Program-made: the position numbers and the translations under genes | Part shown: positions 24,762 to 37,659 of the stretch, one piece after another | Layout: each line of letters begins with the position of its first letter | How positions within the stretch are numbered: position 1 is the stretch's first letter | Notes under the pieces: model-generated | Seen by the model: only the letters and a program-made list of their open reading frames with translations | The model's database searches: none | Told to the model about the DNA's origin: nothing | DNA from: Isurus oxyrinchus | Lineage: Eukaryota | Length of the DNA stretch: 64,000 nt | Direction: 5' to 3' | Assembly: GCA_026770705.1 (NCBI GenBank) | Contig: JANJGN010000031.1 | Span: 1,178,001-1,242,000, forward strand

Positions 24762-25687
24762 GTAAGATTAAACTAACTAAATGTATTAAAATATGCATTC
24801 CAACAGTGAAGGTGGGTTTTTATGGTGCCCAAGCCAAGAAAAAAAAATGATTCTCCTTCATTTGGTGGGTCCCGATACCTTGATTGACTCCCATGCTATA
24901 GATTCTCTGCAGCAAAATTGCACTCCACGTTCATTCTAACTGTATCACATGATCTTACATGACGTTAATGGGAGGCCCATCTATTCATTCATAGAATTAC
25001 AATTAAATCATAGTAGAGAAATTAACCAGTCGGCCCTAATGGTGCCTGCCATTGTTTTAGCAATATAACAGCCCCACTCCACTACATCTAACATTAGCAC
25101 CATGAACTTCTGTTACTGTATATCCACCTTCCAGCATGACAGGCTCTGTGCTATTCGCCTCATAAACGCCAAATGGCGGCAAGTTCCCCATTCTATCTAT
25201 TTCTGGAATTAAAACCTTTTCCCGTTCAATTCATTATTGGATGTGTCAGTGAATATCTTATATTAGACAATCCTAGTGTTGGATTCTTATTCCAAAGTAC
25301 TCGAATGAAAAAAAACATTCCTTTTCACTCCTATTGCCCATCACACTAAGGGAAAAAAACACAGTTGAATATATTTAGCACTATTGATATTTCTGATTTT
25401 CTTTTACAAATGAATGCAGTTTTCTCCTTTTTACAATGCTTCAGCTTTACAATTTAAAAAGCATGACCAGGATTGTATGACACATCTCGACTATTACTGA
25501 TTTTGTCAGGGCAATGATGTCAAGTCACTGAACAGCAAAAATAGAATTATTCCTTGAATGGTATCAGGGATGCAGGACGTCAGCTTTGAAAAGTGAATTG
25601 TGCTCCTTAGAGCAGGGAAGTGTAAGGGAACATTTCACAGAAGTGTTCAAAATCATCAACAGAGTCAGTGGTGTAAGTGAGGAGATA

Positions 25688-26715
25688 AACGCAAAACACT
25701 GTTGATGCTAGAAATCTTAAATAAAGCAGGAAATGTTGGAAAAACTCAGGAAGCACCTCTGAAGAGAGACAGACAGTTAATCTTTCGACTCCAAAATGAC
25801 TTTTCTTTGGAATGGAAGAGAGGTAGATGTGTGATCGTTTTTAAGCTGTTGAAAAGGGGCAGGGTCAGCTGGAGAAAGTGGGAAGGTCAGAAGACTAGAA
25901 TGCGGGGGAGATAAAATAACAGATATGTCATGGAACAAAGGCAAAAATGGTGATAATAGTAAAGTAAAGGAAGAAAACATTGGTCCAGTATAGGTGTTAA
26001 TGGAAAACTAAAGGTCAGAGCTACCTGAAAACAAATGATGAGAAACAAGGTACAGGATTGCATTAGGGGAGAATACACATTGGAGGACAGGATTCACAGT
26101 CTGAAGTTGTTGAAATCAATGTTGATTCCGGAAGTCTGTAAATTGTCTAATCAGAAGATGGGGTGCTGTTCCTCAAGCTTACTTTGGGCTTTACTAGAAC
26201 ATTGCAACAGGCTGACGACAGGAATGTGAGCCTGAGAGCAAAATGCTGAATTTAAACGGCAAGAGATGGGGAGGTCAGGGTCATGCTCGAGAATTGAGCT
26301 AAGGTGTTCCACAAAGTGGTCATCCAGTCGGCAATTTGTCCCCCTAGTGCCGAGAAGAACGCACTCGATTAAAAGAAATTCAAGTAAATCACTGCTTCAC
26401 CTGAAAGGAGTGTTTGGAGCCTTGGACAGTGAGGAGGGAGGAGGTAATAGGCCAGGTGTTTGCATGGAAAGGTGCCTTGAGAAAGGGATGAGGTACTGGC
26501 TGTGATAGAAGAGTGGACCAGAGGGAACAGTCCTTCAGAATGCTTACAGGAAAGAGGAAGGTAAGATATTCTTAGTGGTGGCATGCGTCTGGAGTTGGTG
26601 AAGGTAATACATTGAATCCGGAGGCTGGCCAGATGGAAAGAGAGGTTCTGGGTGGGGTGGGGAAGGGTGAGGGCAGGAGTGCAGAAATAGCTTGGACACG
26701 ATTGACGGCCTTGTG
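25688..26715 (-). mobile_element. decayed Penelope-like retroelement in C intron 3
   Basis: reverse-complement similarity to 48490-49722 (gaattcaacaacttcag, gaggaacagcaccccatcttc, terminal ccagcatc...gttttgc). Confidence 0.7.
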
Positions 26716-27075
26716 TAAGTAATGGGACACTGATTCCAGTAGTAGTTGGATCAGTAAGCAGAGTGCAGTGGTATAAAATAATTGATCAAAGAGCCGAAGA
26801 GGAGCTGAGGGTGTATTTTTATGCAGCGTGTTGCCATGATTTGGAATTCACTGCCAGGAAGGGCAATAGAAACTTATTAAATAGTAACTTTCAATATGAC
26901 GCTGGATGTATAAGTGTTATGAAAGGGATACGGGATATGGACAGCAGAGAACTGGGATTCATTGGAGATCCCTTTAGAAATGCCAGTAGGTCAGCAGAAA
27001 GGCCTCCTTCTGTGCTGCATGATTCTGGTTTTAAAATGATGGCAACGCCGACTGTATTTTTTTATTGTGCACTAG

Positions 27076-27102
27076 ACATCTTACAGCAAAAGGTTTGACT
27101 GA
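27076..27102 (+). CDS. TRBC: TCR beta constant exon 4 coding part (cytoplasmic tail TSYSKRFD*)
   Basis: acceptor tttttttattgtgcactag; phase 0 matches exon 3; TGA 27100-27102; AATAAA at 27301 and 27852. Confidence 0.88.
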   Translation, partial: TSYSKRFD

Positions 27103-28689
27103 CCATCACAAGCCACAAGCGTTGAACGGATAATCGGTGGAAAACACGAGAGCAGGAGAAGAGAAAATATGAATACTGTGAATATCTAGGGGGTGAATTT
27201 TGCCTGATCAACTCCCGCCACACCGGTGTAAAGACAGGCGCACCGTTGCTGCGGGAAATTAATGGATGAAATGTGCACTCTGTTATCGCTTTTCGGCTGG
27301 AATAAATCCGTTCGTAATCTTGAGATTTTTTATAAGTTCCTGGTGCCTGAACAGGTTAAGCTTTGAGGAATTCGCAACATTTTTTCTAGATTATTTGCAT
27401 ATTCATTGTTATTTTGTGTCCTTTGAAACTTTATGAAGAATTATAGGATCTCTGAGCACAAAAGGAAGCCATTTGGCCCATTGCGAAAATTCTTGCTGTT
27501 TGAAAAAAAGTCAGCCATTCGTTCCACTTAATTCCAAGGCGAACAATTACAGCTGATCTAATCTCCCCATGATACAAAATCACTTTCGCCAGTCTAGTAA
27601 AGCTGTACATATTGCTGAGTAGCAGAAAGCACGCTGTAACTCAAATCCAGTTTGGTGCACATATCAACGTATTTCACTCTTGTATATTAATGCAAAACTC
27701 TTATTGTTAGTTTTAGAATTCACTTCAGATATTGTGGATGAAGGCAGGGCTCACACTTGTCCATTATTTGTCATGGGCTTCTCAGTGCATCCTGTATTGA
27801 CAAGTGACTTGTTTTTTTTTACATTTCTTGCTACTTGTTCACTGTTTAAAAAATAAATAGAATATTTCTATAAAGAAACCAATTTCTTTTCACCGTGATT
27901 TCAGCTTTCCAACCAAGCGCCATGCTTTTCAAAAATCAAAAATATGTAGACATTTTATAGATTTTTTTGAGTATGGATATAGAGGGACATCAAGCAACGG
28001 TGGGGAATGAGGCTGTGAAGCAGATCAGCCACAGTCTAATTCAATGTCTGAGCAGGTGCTGAGGACTTAATCACATCATCGTGTTCCTATGTAATATGCA
28101 CCAGAGGGATTTACCTTCTTTTCCTGTTTTTATGGAACAGACTCAAGGTTGTTGAAAAACTCCTCTTCCAGAGCAACAATTCTTGTGGGCTGTAGGGCCT
28201 CCTGCCAATTTTATCCAATAGGCTTCGTGGGCTGCGTAGATTCCCAATTCTATGACAGGTTAGAGTCGGCATCTCATTTTCCATTTCATGGGGCAGTTAT
28301 GAGTCAACTGAATGGTTCTGGGCCTGGAGGCAAATAGAGGCCAGACTGTGTAAAGATGGTATAATCCCTGCCAACCAGATTGGATTTTACAAGTATCCGG
28401 TAGATTCAAGGTCACCACTACTGATGATAGAATTTGCTCCATGTTCTCAGGCTTTAATTTGTACTCCCCAGCTGCAGTAATGGGAGTTGAATTTATATCT
28501 CTGGATTATTGGCCCAAGACTACACTTAAAGCTATGCTACAATAGCCCTAACATGCAAATTCAGCAAGAATCCTTTCTGTTGGTTCCAGGTTTGATAAAT
28601 TTCCTTCTCAGATTTGGCACGAAGGTCAAAACACCACTTCTTTCTAAATGATTTGCTGCAAATGAACAGTGGTGCTCACAGTCACTGAG

Positions 28690-31449
28690 GGAATTGTGAT
28701 ATGGTAGCCATAACAGAAACGTGGCTGAGGGAGGGCCAGGATTGGCAGCTCAACTTTCTGGGAAATGGAATCTTCAGGCGAGACAAGGGAGCGAGCAAAA
28801 GAGAAGGAGGCATTCCATTATTAGTTAAGGAGTCAGTTCATGCAGTAAGGAGAGATGATATCTTGGAGGGGGCATCGAATGATCTTTTGTGGGTGGAGCT
28901 TAGGAATAAAAAAGGGCCAGCCACATTGTTAGCTGGTTATTATAGACTCCCAGATAGGCAGCGGGAAATTGAGGAGCAAATATGTGGATAATTCGTGGAG
29001 GTGTGTTAAAACAATAAGAATAAGGTAATTATATTAGCTGATTTCAACTTTCCCAATATTAATTGGGATAGGCACAGGTTAAAGGCTTGGATGGAGTAGA
29101 TTTCTTGAATGTGCACAGGAGAAATTTATAGGTCAATATGTAGAGGATCCACCAAGGGCCGGTGCAGTGCCGGACCAAATTATGGGGAATGAAGCCGGAC
29201 AGGTGGCTGACACGATGGGTGGGGGAGCATTTTAGTGATAGCGACCGGAACATGGTACAATTTAAGCTTATTATGGACAAAGAAATAGACAAGTTGCAAA
29301 AAAAAAAGTTTTGGATTGGGGGAGAGCGGATTTGTGTCAAATAAGCATCTGGCCAAGGTAGACTGGAAACGGCTACTTGTGGGGAAATCTACAGAAGAGC
29401 AGTGGGTGGCTTTCAAGAAGGAAATGGGGAGGGTTCAGGCTCAACATGTCTCCTCTAAGTTGATAGGAAGGAGTTACAAGCCCAGAGAACCATGGATGGC
29501 CAGAGATGTGCAGGGAGCGATGAGAAGGAACAGAGGGGCTTTTAGCAGGTAAAAGGGGAGCAAATCAGCGGAGACATTAGTGGAGTACAGACAGTGCAGG
29601 GTGGACCTTAAGAAAGCAAATTGGAGAGCAAAGAGGATGTATAAGAAAGCTCTGGCTGGTAAAAGTAGGGAGGATAACCAGGGACAGAGCAGGGCCCATT
29701 AGAGACCAATGGGACAATCAATGGGTGGAGCCAGAGGCCATTGGTAGATAGTTGAATGAATTAATACTTCAACTCTGTCTTCATCCAAGAGAATGACGAT
29801 GAAGTTATGGAACTCAGGGAGAGAGACTGCGAGGTTCTTGATCAAAATGAGATAAGGTTTGGCAATGTATTGGACGTGTTGGCAGGCTTAAAAGTGGACA
29901 AATCTTCAGATCTGGGTGATTTGTGTCTCAGACGGCTGAGGGAGGCAAGGGAGGAGATCGCCAGGGCTCTGACACAAATTTTTCACACCCCTCCCCTCAC
30001 GGAGTAAGTGCCAAAGAGCTGAAGAACAGCTAATGTGGTCCTACTCTTTAAGAAGGGTTGTAGAGATAAGCCAGGGAACTACAGAACCGTGAGATCACGT
30101 CAGTGGTAGGGAAACTATTGGAGAAAATCCTGAAGGAGAGAATTTATCTCCACTTGAAGAGGCAAGGTTTGATCAGGGATAGTCAGCATAGCTTTGTCAG
30201 AGGGAGGTCATGCCTAACGAATTTGATTTAATTTTGTGAGGAGATGACCAGGTGTGTAGATGAGGGTCGTGCAGTTGATATAGCTTCTTTGGATTTTAGC
30301 AAAACCTTTGACAAGGTCCCACATGGGAGACTTATAAAGAAGGCAAGCACATTTAATACAGGGTAATTTGATAAGGTGGATTCAAAATTGATTTAGTTGT
30401 AGGAGACAGAGGACGATGACAGAAGGATGCTTTAGTGACTGGAAGCCAGTGTCCACTGGCGTACCACAGGGATCTGTGCTCGTTCCCCTATTATTTGTCA
30501 TTTATATGAAGGACATAGATGACTATGTTGGTGGGTAGGATTAGTAAGTTTGTGGATGACACAAAGATAGGCCCGGTGGTTATCAGTGAGGTTGAGTGTC
30601 TTGGGCTACAGAAAGATATAAATTGGATGGTCAAATGGGCAGATGGAATTTAACTCTACAAAGTGTGAGGTGATACACTTTGGAAGGAGTAATTTGACAA
30701 GGAAGTATTCAATGAATGGTATGACACAATGAAGTTCTGAGGATCAAAGTTACCTTGGCCATAGATCTCTGAAGGTGAAGAGGCATGTTAGTGAGGTGGT
30801 GAAAAAAGCCTATGAGACACTTGCCTTTATCAATCGAGGCACAGATTACAAAAGTAGGTACATCATGTTGGTGTTGTATAAAAGATTGGTGAGGCCACAG
30901 CTGGCGTACTGTGTGCAATTCTCGTAGCCATAGTATAGGAAGGATATGATTGCATTGGAGGGGGTACAGAGGAGGTTCACCAGGATGTTACCTGGAATGT
31001 TAAATTTAAGAACAGAAGTTGATAGGTTCGGGTTTTTTTTTGTTGCAGTAGAGAAGGCTGAGCGGCGACCATATTGGGGTGTACAAGATTATGAGGGGCA
31101 TGGACAGGGTGGATAAGGAGCAGCGGTTCCATTTAGTTGAAAGGTCAGTAACAAGGGGACACAAGTTCAAGGTGAGGGGCAGGCGGTTTAGGGGGGATAT
31201 GGGGAACACTTTTCTACCCAGAAGGCGGTGACAGTCTGGAATACACTGCCTGGGAGGACGGTGGAGGCGGGTTCCCTCACATCCTTTACAAAGTGCCTGG
31301 CTGAGCGCTTGGCACGTCATAACATTCAAGGCTATGGGCCAAGTGCTGGTAAATGGGATTTGTCAGATAGGTCAGGTGTTTCTCGCGTGTCAGTGCAGAC
31401 TCGATGGGCCGAAGGGCCTCTTCTGCTCTGTGTGATTCTGTGATTCTGA
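28690..31449 (+). mobile_element. CR1-type LINE, most of ORF2 (endonuclease + RT), disrupted
   Basis: VAITETWLREGQDWQLN, LWVELRNKKG, GEHFSDSDRNMV, GVPQGSVL motifs; tail (gattctgt)n at 31430-31449. Confidence 0.92.
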
Positions 31450-32219
31450 GAGTGTCTAAGTAAGAGATTTTGAATGTCAGGACTCGTGGAGCCCTCTTTT
31501 ATCCATGGGTGTTCTCGTCCATACTGTTGGGAGAGGAGAGAGCCAGTCAGCTCTGCATATAACCATGCCATGCCCAACCTCTATATACTGGAACCTCGGA
31601 ACAGGAGAAGCCGTTTGGCCCATAGAATCTGTTTGAAGATTCGATGTGACCTTGGCTAAACTGAGATCTAAATCCATGGAAATACACAGAAATATCAACA
31701 CAGAAAGAGACAGAAGGTGCTTCTTCTCGATACCATTGGTTCTGCTGGATCCACTCTCTTCTTCTCCCTTTCAGGTCACCACATGAGCATATCCTTTTAT
31801 TCCTTCATTTGCAGCGTATCCTGGTTCTCCTTAAATTCGTTTCTGTATTTTTCATCTCAAGCAATACCCTGTGGAAATGGGTTCCACATTCTCAGTGCTC
31901 TGTGACTCAATAGTATCTGCTGAATCTCGTTAGATTAATTAGTGGCTATCTAATTTTTAGGGTCCCTCTTTCTGATCTCCCCAAGAAATGCAGATATCTT
32001 CTCCAAATCTACTCGACAGAACCCTTTCGTAATAATGTAAACTATGAAATATAAACAGATTTTAATGAGATCGAGACTTTTGTTATCACACTGAGTGATG
32101 CATATATGATGCATTGAGAGAGACTTTTGTTATCACACTGAGTGATGGACGTATACATCAGTTTGGTAAAGTTGCAAACACAGCATGTTTAAGGATCTCG
32201 GTACACTATGTTAGGGAAA

Positions 32220-33050
32220 GTATCTCCTTCTGTCCTTCTGTTCCACTCTTTCTCTCATTGCTTGAGTCTATCTGCTCCTGTTACAACTACTTTCTTCTCT
32301 TTCCCACAAGTTATCTCTCCCTTTCAACCTCCATCCTCTCTTTTCCAAATACCTGCTTCTAAATACCTTTGTATCCTCCCCGCAGTCACTTCTCTCGCTT
32401 CCTGTCCATCTCCTCTCTTTTTTTGTTTCTTGCTCTTTGACTCTCTTCTCTCTATCTATGTCTCTATGCATCAATTGTGCCACCTCTCGCCCTCTCTTTC
32501 TCGTCTCTCCCACCCTATCTCATTTTTCTCTACCAGCTGTCTCCTTAATTCTCCTTCTTTCTCGATGTTTCTCTGCAGTTCTCTCTGACTTTTTGCCTTT
32601 TACTCCGTCTTTCTAAACCCTATCCATATCTAGTTAACTCTCCCTCTCCCACTCTCTCCTTCTGTCTAGCACACTCTAATTCTGTGTGTGCTTGTCTGTC
32701 TCTCTCCCTCACTCCATTTCCTGCCCTCTCTGCCTATTTACCTATCTCTCTATCATCTTTTCTCCCCCCGCTCTCGCTTTCTATCTCTGTCTCTCTCTGC
32801 CTCTCTCTCACCCGTCTCTCTACCTTTGACTCTCTAGCTTTCGGTCTTTCCCGCCCTGTTATTCTCTTCCCTGGCTTTGCACCATTCCTTTTATCCCTGT
32901 CTCCCTCGGTATCGCCTTTTATTTCTTTTCTCCCCAGACAGCCCCCACCCCCCCACCCCCACCTCCCACCCCCTCTCTCTCTCTCGCTCTCTTTCACTCT
33001 CTCTCGCTCTCACTGAATTCGATCTCTCATCTCTCCCTTCCTTTCTTCCA
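32220..33050 (+). repeat. long polypyrimidine (CT-rich) low-complexity tract
   Basis: composition; similar tracts at 33660-33970, 39570-40170 and 44580-44830, and GA-rich at 48000-48300. Confidence 0.85.
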
Positions 33051-33299
33051 ACACAGTTACACACCCCAAAGCGATTCTTTACTTCAACGAGCAGCCTGCA
33101 TACAAAAATGTCAACAGTAGCATTTTAAGAAATCAGTGTGGGAAGGCAGACTTGATCATAAGATCTATCTTATAGTGTGGCGAAAATATAATTTTAGTTT
33201 TGTCAATGGGTTCAGCGGCATGAGTACAAAAACCGACGAGAAAGCGATAATGTAAGCTGACTTCAAAATCCACGTCCATTGCTATTTCCGTCGGTTGAT

Positions 33300-33670
33300 C
33301 AGACTGGAAAGTACTGACTCAAAACATGTCACGAAGTCGGGGGAAAAAAACATTGAGCAGCTGCACGGAAAAAGGTGAAACGGAAGCGGTGGGATGCAGC
33401 TTTGAGCTCACAGACGTGGCACAGAGTTTCTAAAGTAGGTCGTGGGCCTGAGTTTCACTCTGCGGTTTAACGGAAAGTGCCACCTGCAGCCGCGGGGTTC
33501 TGAGTTTGGAGGATGGCTCGCTGAGATGTTGTCCTCTCATTTCCTCCTGGGTGACAAACTGTCTCTGAAAGCGTGCACCTGCCGCCCGTTTGCAAAGGAA
33601 TGTGGCTGCTGGGTGTATTTAAAAAACTTGCTGATGCACATTTCAGCTGAACATCCGCTTTTCTGCATTT
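33300..33670. promoter_or_regulatory. candidate TCR beta enhancer (E-beta-like)
   Basis: unique, CpG-containing island about 6 kb 3' of C; E-boxes cagctg 33358 and 33644, cacctg 33481 and 33576; RUNX tgcggtt 33461; ETS-RUNX composite aggaatgtggct 33596-33607; ETS cores cggaag 33381 and acatccg 33651. Confidence 0.55.
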
Positions 33671-34589
33671 TGTTTTCATGTAATTTTGCTTCCTGTCGTC
33701 AGCTCTTCGCTTCCACTTACCTTTCTAACTTTTATTGTCAATGCTTTCTGATTCTTTCAATCTTTCTTTCATGCAATCAAACTTTCCCTATTTCTATCTT
33801 TCTTTGCTTCACTTATCCTTTTTTTCATTCCTGTTATTCTTTCTTTCGCTCACATTCATTATTTTCTTCTTTCCTTTCTGCCGGTCTTTGCACCTTTCTT
33901 TCTTACTGATTCCTGTTCTTTTTCTTGCACTCTTTCTCTCCTTCTTTCTTTCTTTCTTTCTCACTTACCTGCTACTAATTGACCTTCATCCAGGAGGCTG
34001 CTAAGCCATTTCAGATGCTTAGTTAAGAGCTAACCACATTTTTTGGGCCTGGAGTCACATCTATCAACAACAATTGTCCTTCCCTAAATGGGCAGAAATG
34101 GACCAGGTGGGATTTTACAACAACTGATGATAGTTTCATCGTCACTGTCTATTCCAGATGTATTTGTTGAATTTGAATTCCACCAGATGTTATGGTGTGA
34201 TTTGAACCCATGTCTCCTTCGGTGCCTGCAATACTAGTCTAGTGGCATTATCATTCCACGACCGTTTCTTCCCTTCATCCAAACATACTCGCTTTATTTC
34301 CAGCTGTCTTTCATTCTTTCATCCCTCCTTTCTAATTGCAGCTCAAGGTGAACAAACACGAATAACAGTGTTAAGGTTTCCAGTCAGGCATGACTGTCCT
34401 TCGAAAGTTCTGAAGAGTCATTTTGGACGGGACACATTAACTTTGTTTCTCTCGTCACAGATGTTGCCAGTTTTTCCAGCGTTTTTTTTTTATTTTAGGC
34501 CTCCATCATCTGTAGTATTTTGTCTTTCTGATTAAATGTGCACTCTTGTGCTGCCTGCTCCCTGTTATGTTATAGACAAAGTCCCTGAG

Positions 34590-34725
34590 ACCTGATAGAT
34601 AAATAGATAGATTGATAGATAGATAGATGGATAGATAGACAGACAGACAGCTAGACAGACAGACAGACAGACAGGTAGACAGACTGATAACAGATAGGCA
34701 TACAGACAGACAGACAGATCGATAA
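34590..34725 (+). repeat. (GATA/GACA)n microsatellite
   Basis: visible runs. Confidence 0.9.
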
Positions 34726-35597
34726 CCAGAGGGCCCATACTTAATGTCTTTGCCAAAATAGCAAGAGGTGACATGCAGAAATTACATAGCGAGATGTGGT
34801 GATCTAGATGCATTTCCTGAAAGGTTGTCAAAGTATTTTGAATAGTCACTTTAAAACGGGTATTTGATATTTACTTAAAAGCGATAACATTTGTAGGATT
34901 ATGTGTTAACAGCAGATGATGGGGAATTGGGACTAATGGAGTACCTCGTTCAAAGAGAAAACACATGCATGACTGGCCAAGTGAATGCCTTCTATTCTGT
35001 GCTGAAATAATCTGTGACTGTTGGAAGGTTAGGAAGAAATAAGAGTTGTGGGACATTTGCTCTTCACGTCTAAGCAATGATTAGGGTTTGGTGGGGTTTA
35101 ATTCCTAATGATTATTCAGCCTGTGGCACTTAGGTAACCAGTCATTGTATTAAGTGATCCAGCTTATGCACACGCCTGCAAACAAGGTAACTATATTATT
35201 AATTTGATATGTTTCCAAACCGTCAATCAACTAGCAACAGCATCACCGGAAGGCAAAGCCGCATAGAAACAGGCAACGGCCATCATCCCCTCGAGCGTCT
35301 TCAGCCTTTCAATGACATTATGGTTAATCTCCACCTAACTCCAACTATCTGTCTCGTAACATGAGACTTAATAATTTTCCCTCACAAAAAGTTCACAATC
35401 TTGGTTTTAACATTGTTATAGACATCAATACCTCCAACCCCTCCTCCACTCCACACGCACCCTAGCCTCAACAGCTTGTTGATGGAAGTGCGTTCCAGCT
35501 TTCCACTAATCATTGTGTCGGGTGCATCCTGACAGTGCCCCCGGGCGGCATGGATCGAATTCTAAGAATAGGTCCACTTGTTCTGAATGTCCAAAGG

Positions 35598-36492
35598 ATC
35601 ATCAGATATGGGAGCAGAAATTCGGCCATTCTGCCCATCGAGTCTGCTTCGCCATTCAATCATGGCTGATAAGGTTCTCCACCCCATTCGCCTGCCTTCT
35701 CCCCATAAACTTTCCTCCCCTTACCAATCAAGAACTTATCTATCTCGGTCTTAAGTATACTCAATGACCTGGCCTCCACAGCATTCTGTGGCAATGAATT
35801 CCAAAGATTCACCACTCTCTGGCTAAAGAAGTTTCTCCTCATCTCTGTTCTAAAAGGTCCTCCCTTTACTCTGAGGCTGTGCCCTTGGGTCCTAGTCTCT
35901 CCTACTAATGGAAACATCTTGCTCACATCCTCTCTATTCAGGCCCTACGATATTCTGTAATTTTCAATCAGATCCCCCCCTCATCCTTCTAAACTACATC
36001 GAGTATAGACCCAAAGTCCTCAAACGTTCCTCATATGTTAAGCTCTTCATTCTTGGGATCATTCTTGTGAACCTCCTCTGGAGCCTCTCCAAGGCCATAA
36101 AATCCTTTCTGAGATATGGGACCCAAAATTGCTCACAATATTCTAAATGTGGTCTGACCAGGGCCTTATAAAGCCTCAGCAGCACATCCCTGCTTTTATA
36201 TTCTCGTCCTATGGAAATAAATGCCAACGTTGCATTTCCCTTCCTAATTACCGACTCAACCTGCAAGTTAACCTGAAGAGAGTCCTGAACTAGGACTCCC
36301 AAGTCCCTTTGCACTTCAGATTTCTGAATTCTGTCCCCATTTAGAAAATAGTCTACGCCTCGACTCTTCCTACCAAAGTGCGTGACCTCACATTTCCCCA
36401 CGTCGTATTATATCTGCCACTTCTTTGTCCATTCTCCTAACCTGTCCAAATCCTTCTGCAGCCTCCCCGCCTCCTCAATACTACCTGCCCCT
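35598..36492 (-). mobile_element. relatively young CR1-type LINE 3' portion
   Basis: ORF KCEVTHFGRKSR...QRDLGVLVQDSL...YKALVRPHLEYCEQFW...TYEERL and FRTEMRRNFFSQRVVNLWNSLP. Confidence 0.93.
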
Positions 36493-37659
36493 CATCTAAT
36501 CATCTTAAATACCTTGATTCGATCACTCCTAAATCTTCTGCACTCGACTGAATACAAAACTAGGAATGAAAGTGACATGGGCGTTATATTTTCTCCCCTC
36601 TCTAATATTTGATTGCAAATTTTGATTGTAAATATTTTCAAGCACTCCCAGTAGAGCACATTTCCGGGTAGATGTCATAGAACCACAGAATGTTACAGCA
36701 CAGACGAAGGTCATTCGGCAAGTCCACGCCTGCTCCTTCATAGAGCCATTCTTCTTTAAACTGTTAAATTCAATCAATCGCCTCGAATAGCTACAAATTT
36801 CACCACACTGTTTTGTTTCAATGGTCTTGTGGGAAAAAAATTGTCAAAAGCTACAGAAACATAATTAAGTAGCACAGAGATGAAGAGACAGAAAACAAAC
36901 AGCCAGGGTGTGCGGTTACCAGAGTGTAGCTGTCAATTTTTAAATAGGACAAAACATGCAACAAGAAAGATAACAGCCTGGTGTTTGTGTTGAAAATACA
37001 AGCATCACACATCACCTGCAGCAACCCACAGACATTATTTTCCACTAACATGCCTGAGGCATGAAAACAGGTTAAAGAGCGAGATAGCAGAGCGGTTATA
37101 TGACTAAACTAGTAATCCTGATTGAAGGAACTGGAGAGATGAGTTACAATTCCACCATAATACAAAATTAAATAAATGTTTTATCTTTCGTCTCTGTACA
37201 GTTTGCGTGTTCCAATACCCTTTTGGCAGATTTCAGACCCTTATGTATTGTGAATGTCCGTAGTTCCTCGTTTCCCCTTTCGACTCTGAACATATTTCCT
37301 ACAATTTCTCGTAACTACTTAAGCCCGTATCTGCTGTGTCTTCCCTATGCTGTGCATTGCCTTTTGAGACTGCACCTTTCGTGTATTTCTGGCAGTTCCT
37401 GCTTTTCCAGGTAGACCCTATGTCATTGTGTATGCCGTGCACTGAGGCAGTGAACTGCAATGTTTTGTAAAGATAACAAATGACTGAAAGTGCAATGCAT
37501 CTTTGTAATAGATAACTTATTAACATCTTCAATACCGAGTTACAAGGGAGAGAAGTGGTGCCTGAAGGAGTTAAGGATAAAGAGATAGAAAAAAAAACGA
37601 TGTTGGCCTAAACAGGGAAATAAAGGAGGTATCTTAACTCGTTGAATGTCACTGCTAAT

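Noticed and set aside
27082-27096. cytoplasmic YSKRF as a YxxPhi sorting or ITAM-like motif
   Set aside because: spacing does not fit (Y+3 is Arg)
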